Assembly (NCBI RefSeq): GCF_018977255.1
Contig: NW_024704743.1
Location: 43,464,001-43,528,000 of the forward strand
Length of the DNA: 64,000 nt
Direction of reading: 5' to 3'
Source: Callorhinchus milii
Lineage: Eukaryota
The notes beneath the pieces were generated by a model. It was not told where the DNA came from. It did not search any database and saw only the letters and a program-made list of their open reading frames with translations. Both the position numbers and the translations under genes were made by a program. Of this stretch, positions 1 through 11,914 are shown in pieces. Numbering within the stretch: position 1 is the first letter of the stretch; every line of letters starts with the position of its first letter.

Positions 1-126
1 GGCTGCCGCATTCGCCCACAAATATACAGTCAATTCACTTTACAGTATATTCTGTGAAGCGCTTTGGGACGTCCTCCCGATGTGAAAAGCGCTATATCAA
101 ATGCAAGGATTATTATTATTATTATT
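1..126 (+). mobile_element. tRNA-Ala/Deu-core SINE, 3' part (cut by window edge)
   Basis: GGCTGCCGC..TTCGCCCACAAATATACAGTCAATTCACTTTACAG...GTGAAAAGCGCTATATCAAATGCAAGGA(TTA)n, nearly identical to the 3' half of full copies elsewhere in the window. Confidence 0.9.
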
Positions 127-689
127 ATATTCACTCACTGACCCTGACTCCAAAACATTGGCCACATGACTGCAAGAAGCTTTTTCCTGTTAAGATTGTG
201 CTAAGATTTTTCATTTTAAGGACTGAGATCCCAATCTATGCTTTATTTCAAAAGACACGTACTGAAAATATCTATCTATAAATTATAATCTCCCAGGGAA
301 AACAACAACTTTCATTTATATAACGCCATTCAAATTGGATAATGTCTCGGAGTTCTTAACAATGAAGGAGTTGGATGCTGAGCAAGGGAGATTGAGAGGT
401 GGGTGGAGGGGTGGGGGGGAAGGGGGTGGAGACGGAGGTGACCGTGATTGAAGATATGGAGAGTTAGGGAGTATTTGCCAGACATAAACACATTTGCAGT
501 GTATCCTGTGAAATGTTTTGAGACGTCTCAATGATATGCTAAGGTGCTATATCAAATTTAAAGATTATTGTGGTACTGCAGGTGGTATATCATCTTAGCA
601 ACATCTCTCTGGCAGCCACCCTGACACTTTTACCATTGTCAATTTTGGACTAGCAGACGGTTTGAAGAACTGTGAAATCACAAATGAAG

Positions 690-1268
690 TTCAGATGAAG
701 AAGTCCATTCGGCTGATTTGATCTCATCCTTCCAGTGTACCGACTCTACCTTCTTCCCTTAACAACAGCAACCTGTTTCTCAAATGAATCCAGTAGCGTG
801 ATCTCTACCACCCTTCATCATAATCTGTTCCAGCTACCAGCTACCCTCTGCCCAAGGAAGTACTTCATGGTATAAAAACAGAAGCTGCTGAGAGCACGCA
901 ATAGGTCAGGCATCAACTATGGAGAGAAGAAAATGAGTTGACGTTTCCGGTCTATGACCTTTCTTCAGAACTCTTCCTGGTGTCTGTCCTAGAAATAATT
1001 TTGCGCAACTCTGTACCTGTGTTCTCTTATATTGCTGCTTTGGTGTATCCTGAAGTATTGCTTTGGTTTACTTTCTCATTCTCATTTAATATATTCTATA
1101 CCTCATCAAGGCATTGAGACATTCTCATTACAAGGTTGAGGAGCTCTAAAGTATCTACTTTTCGCTTATAGCTCATACCACTGAAACTGAGCACCGGGCC
1201 GGTTGTTCTCCTACACATAGCCTGGGCAGCCCTGTGTGTTGGGGTGACCAGAACTGCGTGCAGTCCTC
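690..1268 (-). mobile_element. Old CR1-like LINE 3' fragment, interrupted at 872-972
   Basis: Minus strand carries a degenerate CR1 3' region (CTGCACGCAGTTCTGGTCACCCC, a YCVQFWSP-like motif) and a 3' UTR ending ...GAATGGACTTCTTCATCTG. Confidence 0.6.
872..972 (-). mobile_element. Penelope-like terminal-repeat fragment with minimal hammerhead motif
   Basis: Minus strand reads AGTT-CTGAAGA-AAGGTCATAGACCG-GAAA-CGTC-AACT followed by ...GATGCCTGACCTATTGCGTG..CAGCAGCTTCTGTTTTT; similar to 35878-35980 and 43121-43250; flanked by CTTCATGGT / CTTCCTGGT. Confidence 0.7.
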
Positions 1269-1273
1269 AAAGT

Positions 1274-1593
1274 AGAGTCCTGTAGCTCAGTGGTTAGAGC
1301 ACTCGCCTTGCAAGCGAGACACCTGGGTTCAATTCCAGGCAGGGCGAAACCTTAGGTAAGTTTCTTTACTCCACATGCCTAATAATAATCCTTCCGAAAA
1401 AACAAAACAATAATAAATTGGTCATTTTCAATCCACGACTGTATGTGGGACACTACTGTGCGCAATTGGCTGCCGCATTTCGCCTGCAAATATACAGTCA
1501 ATTCACTTTACAGCATATTCTGTGAAGCACTTTGAGATGTCTAGAAGACATGAAAAGCGCTATATCAAATGCAAGGATTATTATTATTATTAT
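1274..1593 (+). mobile_element. Full-length tRNA-Ala-derived SINE (Deu core, L2-like tail)
   Basis: A box TAGCTCAGTGG, anticodon arm CTCGC-cttgcaa-GCGAG, B box GGTTCAATTCC, core TGTGGGACACT.CTGTGCGCAATTGGCTGCCGC, (TTA)n tail. Confidence 0.92.
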
Positions 1594-2076
1594 TCTTAAG
1601 GTTCAGCCTAAACAGAGAACTACACAGGTTGAGCATGAATTCTGGGGGCATGAACTCAATTGAAGAAAATTGCTTCATTTAAACAATTAAAGTCAAATGA
1701 TACAAATGGAAGCAGCGTGCATCTCTGACTGCAATGAAGATCTATAGAACGGGCTGAATGTGCGCATTTGGATTATTGATTTTTCTTTTCTTGGTTTCAA
1801 AGGCACTTTAACGCCAATTATCTGGCCAGCTGTCACTCAGTGGTATACCTTCCTCCAAGCATGTGCTCATTCCCGAATATGCAGCTTACAAACCAGTAAC
1901 TATATGTGCAATTTAAAACAAAATCGAAAAAACAATGAAACAGAACTTCTCACAATCATCAGAATTGAGTAAGCACTACACTAACTTAAAGGAGACCATT
2001 TTTTAAGTAGAGCCATTTTTATTTTTTTTACACAATGCAGTGTCATATATCATGTTGCAACACATCACCAGTATCG

Positions 2077-2159
2077 TTATGTCAAAACTGTTTGGTTTTC
2101 TTCTGTCTCATCTTTCCCAAACGTGTTGGACTGACAATTTTCTTGAACACCCTCAAAGC
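2077..2159 (-). CDS. Candidate terminal coding exon of an unidentified gene
   Basis: Acceptor ttttttctAG at 2161-2160; two open frames to a stop (ALRVFKKIVSPTRLGKMRQKKTKQF* or GFEGVQENCQSNTFGKDETEENQTVLT*); AATAAA at 2023-2018; no homologue recognised. Confidence 0.2.
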
Positions 2160-2724
2160 CTAGAAAAAATGATCAATTTAATTTGAACATTTTTGATGTA
2201 ATCTTTTGTTCTACGGATTCAGTTTCTCAAAGTTGGCTTACATCGTTTTTGTTTATGATTGAATTGTCAAGTTACATAAAGGGGAGTGGAAAGCAAGGAA
2301 ACATGTTTAAGAAGCAACATAAAAATAATGGTGGACATTCCACCCCATTTCAAGCAAGAGGTTTGACATTTACAAAGAATGTGCAGCACAGAAACAGGCC
2401 ATTCAAGCAAGTACATGAAAGCGCCACTAAAAACGCCTTTGTCTTTGGAGATAGAAATGTTCTCAATTGTGCAGTCTGTTTGGATGAGTAAGAAGAAGCA
2501 ATGTGTTCTGACAAATGCCACATTGTTAGCTCCTTGTATTTATGGTGTGTAGAATGATTACATAATTACCTAGCACATTTATGGAACTATCGGCACCAGA
2601 ATCAAATTATTGCAACAAAGTTTGACAGTTCATGTATTCCTTAGCTCTGGATCAATGCGGCAGCTTGCGGTAATGTCATGCAATAATATCTAATATAGAA
2701 AGGAGATTTAATTGGATCTGGCAT

Positions 2725-3048
2725 TATAATAATAATAATAATAATCCTTGCATTTGATATAGCGCTTTTCACGTCGGAAGGACGTCCCAAAGCGCTTCAC
2801 AGAACACACTGTAAAGTGAATTGACTGTAAATTTGTGGGCGAACGCGGCAGCCAATTGCGCACAGCAATGTCCCACAAACAGTCGTAGATTGAAAATGCC
2901 AATTTTATTATTGTTTTTGGTTTTGGAGGGATTATTATTAGGCTCTGTGTGGAGTAAGGAAACTTGCCCAAGGTTTCGCCCTGCCTGGAATTGAACTCAG
3001 GTCTCTCGCTTGCAAAGCGAGTGCTCTAACCAGTGAGCTACAGGACTC
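2725..3048 (-). mobile_element. Full-length young tRNA-Ala SINE
   Basis: Reverse complement of the SINE consensus; shares a diagnostic CCACACAGAGCCT variant with the copy at 37250-37570. Confidence 0.92.
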
Positions 3049-3334
3049 GGCATTGCATAGTGAACAAGATGTAAATTACTATGATTTACAGCATCACGTC
3101 AAAAGATGTCACATATCATGTGTGTCACTACATATTATTTTAAAAATGGAGTGAGGCCATCATAAGAAGAATGTTGATGCACGTGGCAGTGCCACATGAT
3201 TTCAATTTTTGGTTAAATTTTGAGATAGATTTAACAGTTCTTATGTGGGAAGGTATGCTTCACTGTGAAAAATGATATTCAAATGCAAGTTGTTGTTATT
3301 CTTGTTCTATGGCATTATCTGTCTCAATCCACTT

Positions 3335-3470
3335 TGGTGGTCTCGGTATTCGGGCACTGCTGATAATAGACCAGACAGCCTGGCTAATCAATAGGATGTG
3401 AAAGGACGGACTGGGTGGGAAGAATCACATTGGTTCTGTTAACCTTGCGTGCCAAAGCCCTAATGGTGAG
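3335..3470 (+). repeat. Family X fragment (5' part)
   Basis: CTGTTAACCTTGCGTGCCAAAGCCCTAATGG and the sequence upstream align with 8020-8165. Confidence 0.55.
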
Positions 3471-3480
3471 TAACTACAGT

Positions 3481-3808
3481 GGAGTCCTGTAGCTCAGTGG
3501 TTAGAGCACTCATCTCACAAGCAAGAGGCCCTGGGTTTGATTCCCAGCAGGGCGAAACATTGGGCAAGTTTCTTTACTCCACACACCTGTTTATCCAGCA
3601 GTAAGTAGGAACCTGGTTGTTATCGATTGGTGGATCCCTTTTCTGGGGGTAATAATCTCATCAAAAAATAATAATAATTTGGTTATTCAATCCATGACTT
3701 TTTGTGGGACACTGCTGTGTGCAATTGGTTGCCTCGCTTCACTTTGAGACATCTCCAAGACATGATAAGGCTATATCAAATGCAAGGATTATCATTATAT
3801 TATTATTA
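3481..3808 (+). mobile_element. tRNA-Ala SINE, longer and older subfamily
   Basis: Same head, core and tail, plus an extra segment CCTGTTTATCCAGCAGTAAGTAGGAACCTGGTTG. Confidence 0.88.
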
Positions 3809-3934
3809 TAACTCTGACCATGGTGACCTTGTGATGCTGAGCTCAGTGATTTGAGTTCCTTCGGTGCTAAGAGTTTACCTTGAGATTATCTGTGGCCTGG
3901 TGGTTTAAAAATCTTTTCCTATCGGTTCCTCTTT

Positions 3935-4078
3935 TTGTTTACACTGCAAGCTACAGCCCTAAGGGGTAGGGTGGTCCTAGCTGGACAAGCAATGGGAAGG
4001 CATATCAGGGAGTGCTGTCAATGGCAAGTTATGCAGTTTTAGCTAGTTGAACTCCTGCAGCCACCTCAACACACATAT
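3935..4078 (+). repeat. Family X fragment (middle)
   Basis: GGGTAGGGTGGTCCTAGCTGGACAAGC...GTGCTGTCAATGGCAAGTTATGCAGTTTTAGCT matches 8160-8260. Confidence 0.7.
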
Positions 4079-4587
4079 AACATAAAACTAAATTCTGTAA
4101 ATCTGAAATAAAACTCTAGAGGTGCACAAATACCCAGTCACTACATTTCACGTTAATTTCTATGAAATGTTTCGAGATGTCTCTACAACTTGCTAAGGCG
4201 TTGTATCAAATGCAAGAATCATCATTATTAAATCAATTGACTTTGGAAAGAGGATGATGGATTTTGGAACCACATTGTACTCTCACTCGAATATACAACC
4301 GTCACGTTTGCAACTTTAATTTCCAATAACTTTCACAACTTCACACCCAATTCCCTCACTAAGACTCCCACACATAGCTCAATCCATAATCATGCCTTCC
4401 CTATTAAAGAGAGCAATTTTCATTTATTAATAGCCAAGAGAGAACTTGGTGGGATGGAGAGATGGGCAATGAAGCTCAAATTACTTCATTTTGGACTTTT
4501 TATTTCATATCAAGGGAAATGGATGTTCATGCTTTATTTTCAATTGAAATTGTGTTTTGCTGTTTATTGTTATCACTTGGATAACAA

Positions 4588-4915
4588 GATTGGTCTGGAT
4601 GAAGAAGTCCATTTACCCTATCCAATCTTGATCTTCCAGAACATCTACCCAACAGCTTCCCCATCAAGCTGCTTTTTAAATCAGTCCAGTGTCCTGACCT
4701 CTGTCACCTTTTCTTGGCAACCTGTTCCGGTTGTTAATTACCCTCAGTATAATACTTCCTGGTATCTGTTGTGAAATTGCCATTTACAACGCTAAACCTA
4801 TCTTGTTCTACTGTCATGGTACATCCTGAAGTAAAGCGGGTTAATTTTTTAATCCCACTTAAACCTTATACACCTCTATGTGATCCCCTGTGAGTCATCT
4901 TCTCCCAAGATGAAG
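4588..4915 (-). mobile_element. Old CR1-like 3' fragment
   Basis: Same 3' UTR type as 690-870 (GATGAAGAAGTCCATT on +); degenerate CACAGGGGATCACATAGAGGTGTATAAG (RGDLIEVYK-like) on the minus strand. Confidence 0.55.
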
Positions 4916-5129
4916 GGCTGTGGCTTGAGGGGTTAACGTTACAATATTACAACAACTACTGCCATTTGAGCAGCTTTAATACTGTGTGACTAGTATTTGT
5001 TTTAGAATACACTGTGTGAATTGAAAACAATCCAAACCACTTACCCCAGGGAGGCAAGCATTTCCCTGGATCTATCACCAGTCCAAGGGTTAACAATTAT
5101 ATCAGTTAAAATATGCAGAAACAATAAGT

Positions 5130-5600
5130 AACAGATGCGTTAAATGAATTCATCACTTTGCTTTTCAAAAAGGAAAAATGTGGACAAAACCCAGATAAAG
5201 TCAACATTACTTGACAATCTAAAACATATGCAGAGGTCAAAAACGGTGCAAGGCTCTGCTTAATATTTTGCAGAATGCCGTAAATATAAGGAAAGGATGT
5301 ATTGGAGGACTGAATTGTGTCTCCACATGTTCAAAAAGAAGTGAGATATGAATTAGAGAATTTAACATAGTTTCTCTAACATTAGAGTGAAGAAATTATT
5401 CGAGAAGATTTTGAGGGATACCATTAATGCCCATCAAAAGAGCATAGAAGCTACGGGAAATAGTCAGCAAGCAATAGATCATGCCTCAGGAATCTGGAAT
5501 CTTTTGAGGAAGTAACTGAGTTAATGAACAAGATTTCTCGAGGGACTTTAATATATTTGGAAATTGAGAAAATATTGAATGAGGTTCCCTATGCAAAGCC
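5130..5600 (+). mobile_element. Highly decayed CR1 RT fragment
   Basis: Degenerate motifs (TTTTTGAGGAAGTAAC = FEEV; GAGGTTCCC = EVP); probably continues near 6330-6520 after SINE insertions. Confidence 0.4.
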
Positions 5601-5885
5601 CCAGCTGCTTGTTCCAGCTGCCCAGCTGCCCCAGGTGTATGTTAAAGATCCCATGGTGCAATTGGAAAAGGGAAGGGAGTTTCATCCAGTTTCCTGGCCA
5701 ATAATCCCCCAAATAAAAGTGGTTACTCACTTCCTTGCTACTTGTGGGATATTGCTGTGCATAACTTGGCTACTATGTTTGCCCACAGAACACACAGTCA
5801 CTAGACTTTACAGAATATCCTGTGATTTGAGACATACTCTCGACATGAAAGGTACTGTACCAAATGTAAGGATTATTGTTATTAT

Positions 5886-6052
5886 TATAATAATAATAAT
5901 CCTTGCATTTGATATAGCGCTTTTCACGTCGGGAGGACGTCCCAAAGCGCTTCACAGAACACACTGTAAAGTGAATTGACTGTATATTTGTGGGCGAACG
6001 TGGCAGCCAATTGCGCACAGCAATGTCCCACAAACACTGAGCTACAGGACTC
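5886..6052 (-). mobile_element. Internally deleted young tRNA-Ala SINE
   Basis: Head GGAGTCCTGTAGCTCAGT is joined directly to core GTTTGTGGGACATTGC; ~150 bp including the B box are missing. Confidence 0.88.
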
Positions 6053-6062
6053 CACAAATAAC

Positions 6063-6254
6063 ATAATCAAAAATCATAACCATCTTTTCTTGCAGACTAG
6101 TTCAGCAAAGGGAAAAGGAAACAATTATTTTTATTTAATGGTCCATTTGACAGCAATGACACATCACGATATCGCTCAAAAATTAGAGAACAATACAAAT
6201 TATACTTCTTATACAACTTTTACAACAATATAATAATAATCCTTACATTTGATG
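6063..6254 (+). repeat. Left arm of a local inverted duplication (partner 7698-7914)
   Basis: ATAATCAAAAATCATAACCA...CCATTTGACAGC...AATAATAATCCTTACATTTGATG aligns with the reverse complement of 7698-7914. Confidence 0.85.
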
Positions 6255-6736
6255 CACTGCACAGAACCAGAAAGCAAACTTGCTGCTTGGGTTTAAAACT
6301 TACTCAACGGTAGAAGGCAGAAGGCGGTATTCTCCTGTGGAGTAGGACTTTGCAAAGTACTGCAGGAATTTACTCAGTATCTCTGTTGGTTACGCTGTTT
6401 ATAAATGAAATTAAGGAGAGCAATTCTGGTGCTTCTATCGATTCTGTTTTCTACACTTAGTGGGTGATCTGAGTAAGAAAAAGTATAAAATTCATTTTAA
6501 GACCATGGGGGTAAACTTAGGAGCATTTCATAAGACCTTCCTTGTGTTAAAAACACGACAGCTATTTTGCACACAGCAATGCCCCACAAAATACAATGCC
6601 TCATAAAATAAATGACCAACTTTTATCTAGGGGATTATTGGCCAGGACATGGCAACATAAATCCTGCCTCCAATCCAGGAAAATGCTTTAGGAGTGTAAT
6701 TCCAGGTATGCCATGCTCATTCAATGGAACTCAGAT

Positions 6737-7181
6737 AACATAACAAACATAATATAACATAACGTGTAGGAGCAGGAGTAGGCCATTCGGCCTTCGAGCC
6801 TGTCCCGCCATTCAATCATGGCTGATCTTCTAATCTAACTCCAGCTAATAACCTAACCCTGCCTTATCCCCATATCCCTTAATCCCTTTTGCAATAAGAA
6901 ATCTATCTATCTCAGTCTTGAATATGTTCAAGGACTGAGCGTTAACAGCCCTTTGGGGTAGTGAGTTCCAGACATTCACCACCCTTTGAGTGAAGAAGTT
7001 CTTCCTCAACTCAGTGCAAAAGGGCTGGCCACTGATTTTAAAGTTGTGACCCCTGGTTTTAGTTTCTCCAACCAGGGGAAACAATCTCCCACTATCTACT
7101 CTAGTATGCCCTTTGATGATCTTATAGGTTTCTATAAGATCACCTCTAATTCTTCTATATTCTAGAGAATATAGGCCCATC
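6737..7181 (-). mobile_element. Young 5'-truncated CR1 LINE (ORF2 C-terminus, 3' UTR, (TTATG)n-like tail)
   Basis: Uninterrupted frame GLYSLEYRRIRGDLIETYKIIKG...TRGH...RKNFFTQRVVNVWNSLP...FKTEIDRFL; 3' UTR GGCCGAATGGCCTACTCCTGCTCCT. Confidence 0.93.
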
Positions 7182-7317
7182 TCAGGTGAGTGGGGAGGAA
7201 GTAGGGGAGAGAGGAGGGGATGGAATAGCCAACTTGTTAGAGTTCCATAACATCAATATAGTTAAATTATGGTTAGGATCTTTGAAGAAATTGCAAGCTA
7301 CGAATGAATGGAATGCA

Positions 7318-7466
7318 GGAGCGAGTGTGCACTCTATTCTAATAAATTTTCTTGGAAATTTCCATGTGTAGCTGGCACACATGGAACTCTCAGTTTGGGT
7401 TGCATAACTCTTAAGCATGGTGATGGGTGTCCATATGTGTCAGACACCCGAGTGACTAAAAAAAGA
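7318..7466 (+). repeat. Family X 3' fragment with A tail
   Basis: CTCTTAAGCATGGTGATGGGTGTCCATATGTGTCAGACACCCGAGTGACTAAAAAAA. Confidence 0.8.
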
Positions 7467-7697
7467 ATTCACAGTGCCCATTATCCTATGAAGTTTTACA
7501 TCCTTGATTTGCAGTAATTCATGAATTTTTCAATATCAAGAGAACCATCTGTTAATCTACTGCTTGGCTGCTCTATTAGGACGAGGTTCATTCAACATTA
7601 AGCAATCTCTTTATCATTTTCTTTGGCAATAGAAGTCTAAAATGGTTCAATTTCTTTTTTCTACCCCTGCTATCATTTTGACAATGATAACATGCTA

Positions 7698-7914
7698 CAT
7701 CAAATGTAAGGATTATTATTATATTCTTATAAAAGTTGAAACACAGATTGTTGGCCATCTTTGTTCTGGAGTATAATCTGTTTTGTTCTCTAATTCCTTG
7801 AGTGATATTTTGACTTGTCATAGCTGTCAAATGGATCATTGAATAAAAGCAATGGTTTTCTTTTCCCTTTGTTGAACTTATCTACAGGAAAAGTTGGTTA
7901 TGATTTTTGACTAT
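7698..7914 (-). repeat. Right arm of a local inverted duplication (partner 6063-6254)
   Basis: Reverse-complement alignment to 6063-6254, with one indel of ~25 bp. Confidence 0.85.
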
Positions 7915-7977
7915 CCTCCTTGGAGGGGATAAGCGGCGTCTCCTTGGAGCTGAACTTGCTCCAAGATGACATGTTTG

Positions 7978-8470
7978 GCAACAGAATTTCGGAATCGAGC
8001 CAGTTCCTGAGCCAGGCAGGTCCGCAGTATTCCAAGGCAATGCTGATGACAGCACAGCCAGCCTAGCTCATCGGCAGGAATTGGAAGGGCAGACTAGTCA
8101 CTGGGGGCAGTGAATCCTCCCATGCAGCACCTGTTAACCCTGCAAGCCAAAGCTCTGATGGGTAGGGTGGTCTTAGCTGGATAAACAGCTTGCCAGAGAG
8201 TGCTAACAATGGCAAGCTATGCGGTTTTAGCTGCTTAGACTCCAGCAGTACTCCAATGCACACACTGAGGTCCCTAAGACTTGGCTCTTGGCAGAATTCG
8301 ATAAGCCGGATGTTTCCCTCCAGGTAAAAAGTGTGCATTCCCTTCCAACAATCTATCTCTGGATTTCCACATGTAGGTGGGATGCATGGAATTCTCAGTT
8401 TAGTTTGGATACTCTTAAGCATGGTGATGGGTTTCCACATGTGCCAGACCCTCAGCTAACCCAAAAAATA
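7978..8470 (+). repeat. Near-full family X element
   Basis: Collinear over ~490 bp with the reverse complement of 22586-23125; ends ...CATGTGCCAGACCCTCAGCTAACCCAAAAAA. Confidence 0.85.
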
Positions 8471-9084
8471 TAGAAAAGGATGATAGTTACTGTAGGACAA
8501 AAATCAATGATGCTAAATGTAATTGCCTTTAACTATTAGCACCAGATTCAACATAATAACAATAATAATGAAAAAATCCTTCCATTTAATAACCAAGTAT
8601 AATGTTAACATTTAGATGATACATTGGCAGAATACTTCCATTGGTGTTTTGGGGATTAAACTATATTATTAAAATCAGAATGACAGTATTGCAAAACACA
8701 TTCCACCCTTTAATTAAGAAACATGATTAAAATATGTTTTGAAATGCCACCTGATTCCTGAATAATAATAGCATCCACGGAAATGTGGTGAGCCGCTCCC
8801 TTGAATTGCCACTTAGCGAGGTTGCTGATTCCAATGCCAGAGCGATTTATCATACATAGCTTTGCACAAGACTGATTTAGTTCAGTTTGGTAAAACAAAT
8901 TGAGAGGTCGCAATCCGAGATCCAAAGCATCAATAACTTCACCAAAAAAAAACTAAATAATTTGGACCAGAGTCATATTTGTGGTATCTTTATGGGAAAT
9001 TACCCGAGTCACTGTTTAGCTTAAGTCTAGCTACTTGGAGGCACAACATACCAGCCTAACTACCCAATTGTTCAATGTCAGAAC

Positions 9085-9592
9085 ATTGGTTAGGTCACAG
9101 GTTGAATACTGTGTGCAGTTTTTGGTGTCCATTATAAAAAGTTATCAGAGCCACAGAGAGAGTAGAGCGTAGATTTACCAGGATGATGTTGAGTGTTATG
9201 ATGAAAGACTTTAAAATGGATTCATTCTCTGGAATACAGAAGTTTAAGAAAGCATCTAATAGAGTATTCAAAATAATGTATTGTCTCGAGAGAGTAAATA
9301 GCAATAGCTTATTTTACTTCTTGGTGAAACAACAATACAAAGGAGTATAAACACAACATTATTACTTGAAGCATAAATGGGAGTCTAGAAAAATATTTTT
9401 ATGCAGAAGGCTGTTAGGTTGTTACCACAAGGGGATTTTGAAGCAGAGTTAATTGCATCATTTACTAGACACTTGAAGGATAAGGATATTCTTTATGGGC
9501 TGGAGAAATAAATTGAATTAAGGTAGGTATCTCCAGGGGGGAGTTAGCATGGCATAGACACAGTAGGCTGAAAGGCCTCCTTCTGTGATTCT
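9085..9592 (+). mobile_element. Old CR1 3' fragment
   Basis: TTGAATACTGTGTGCAGTTTTGG (LEYCVQFW) through a 3' UTR GGCTGAAAGGCCTCCTTCTGTGATTCTGTG. Confidence 0.75.
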
Positions 9593-10571
9593 GTGAAATC
9601 CAAAGTGCTCAACAGAAAAGCTTTCAGTGTGAGTCGGCATTCGTGATCCTATTGCATTATTTGGGGAATTCAAGAGAAGTGTGGAATACCAACATGGAAT
9701 TCAGTTATCTGTTGGTTTAGGAATCCTGTATGTTTGGGATATTTACATTCACTGACACAATCCGGAAAGTGTTGGATTATATGGGAAATCTTGACCTTGA
9801 TGATGTCCATTTTACTTGTGGGTAGAATTTATGACAGAGATTGCATTATAGATTAAGTATTTTCATTTCTGTTTCATTTGTATGTTCCCAATAGAGCTGC
9901 TAGTTATTGCCATGGAATTCCATAAACATTGGTTAGTATAAATTATATCAATCCAAAAATGCTACCTTTCAGCCTGTTCACTCAGTCATAGCTGCTTCCG
10001 TCACATTTTCTCATTTACATCATCAACCATTAGAACACACAGCAAGGACATTAAAATCAGTTCAGCCTATCTCTCCGTTGACTGTAGAATTCACCTGCAT
10101 GCACAGCTCAATGATATGATTGACAATATAACACATATATTAGTCAATTGTTAGCAAAACAGCCTTTATTTTCTATGAAATGCCATCACCTCCCTCTTTC
10201 CCTATTGTTATAACTTCCCTCTATCTATCCACTTCACAATAACATTACATTCAATATAAGAAGAAAATCATAATTGACTCCCGTGTTGCTATTATATAAC
10301 TTACATTTTTATGGGGACAAACTGTAAGTGCTCAATATGTTTCTGAATTTTGTGAATAAATCTACATGATTAATTTGCTGGTCTCTATGGAACTGCTTCT
10401 ACTCCGGTGCTCATGCTGTTCAGTCATCGACCATAATTTCAGTCATTTAATTGCCGTCATTCTTCAATCTGTGGTCTTACAAATAGATTGAAAGCTCATT
10501 ACTAGGTTTAGACACTTTGACCAGATGTAACCTCATTTCCTTCAAATTAGAAGATTCATTTAAAAAATATT

Positions 10572-10950
10572 CAGTCAGAGCCGGGTGTCTTATACCTATC
10601 ACCATGATTAAAAGTAACCAAATTAGACTGAGAGTTCCATTACTGTCACCTATACATGGAAATGCCCATGTCTGGGCTGGAATACATACTCTTTCCCTAG
10701 AGGGACACCCACTACTTACCTAATTCCGGTCAGTATTACGTGCAGGATGGCAAGAGTTTGGGTACCCCAGATTGTGTGTTAGGGACATGCTAGAGTTTAA
10801 CCAACGAGGACTATCCTACCTATAATGCCTTTGCTTGCAGGATTAACAGAAGCTGAATAGGAAGAATCCCTGTCCCAGTAATCAATCTGCTACTCAAAGT
10901 CCTCCAGATGAAGTGGACTGTCTTTCTGTCCGCACTCGTGCCTTGGATGT
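10572..10950 (-). repeat. Family X, degenerate copy
   Basis: GCCGGGTGTCT..CCTATCACCATGATTAAAAGTA..GAGAGTTCCAT..CCTAGAGGGACACCC on + matches the family X 3' half. Confidence 0.65.
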
Positions 10951-11452
10951 ATATGAATGAACATGATGTATTCACAAACAAGGAGTAGTACTGTGAGTGT
11001 GAGAAGTTCAATAACTGACAAAAAAGGTAATAACAATAATCCTTGTATTTGGTATAGTGCTTATAAAGTCAAAAGATCTTCTAGCACTTCACATGGAATT
11101 GCTGTGAAGTGTAGTCAATGTGTATTTTGCAAGCAAAGTGAGAAAGTAATTTATGCATGAAGTGCCATGCAACCTTTAACACTGACCTGAACAGGCAGAT
11201 AGGATGTTGGATGTTACATTTGATGGACAGGACCTCTGACAATTCAGTGCTCCCCAAAACTGTACAGCATTGACTATAAACTCAAAGCCCTGTTGCAAGG
11301 TATGAACCTACGATCATCTGACACAGAAATGTGGGCATTATCAACTGAGCCACGATACCACCTGAGATCCTGCTGGTAACTGGCAGTAAGACATCACTGA
11401 ATCACTGGATTCCCATTCTGTAAGTACTCGAAACAGAAAGGAGTTCCAACAA

Positions 11453-11818
11453 GTCCTGTGGCACATGGGTTAGCACATTCGCTTTGCAAGTGAGAGGACC
11501 TGAGTTTAATTGCCGGGTGGGGTGAAACCTTAGGCAAGTTTCCTTACTCCACACGCCTCCGTTTACCTAGCAGTAAGTAGGAACCCGGTTGTTAATCGAT
11601 TGGCGGTTCCCTTTTCTGGGGGTAATAATTCTTCCAAAAAAAATAATCATTTGGTTACTCAATCCACGACTGTTTGTGGGACACTGCTGTGCGCAATTGG
11701 CTGCCGCGTTTCACCAACAAAATATGCAGTCAATTCACTTTACTGTATATTCTGTGAAACGCTTTGAGACATCTCGAAGATGTGATAAGGTGCTACATCA
11801 AATGCAAGGATTATTATT
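11453..11818 (+). mobile_element. tRNA-Ala SINE, longer subfamily
   Basis: Degenerate head, GGCAAGTTTCCTTACTCCACACGCC, Deu core, TTA tail. Confidence 0.88.
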
Positions 11819-11914
11819 AAGTCAACTGTAACACACTACTTGATACTGGCAGGTTTCCCATTAGTGTCTCCAAGTTGCTCTCAGTGAAATCTGTGTTTAA
11901 TTGCTGATTAAAAT

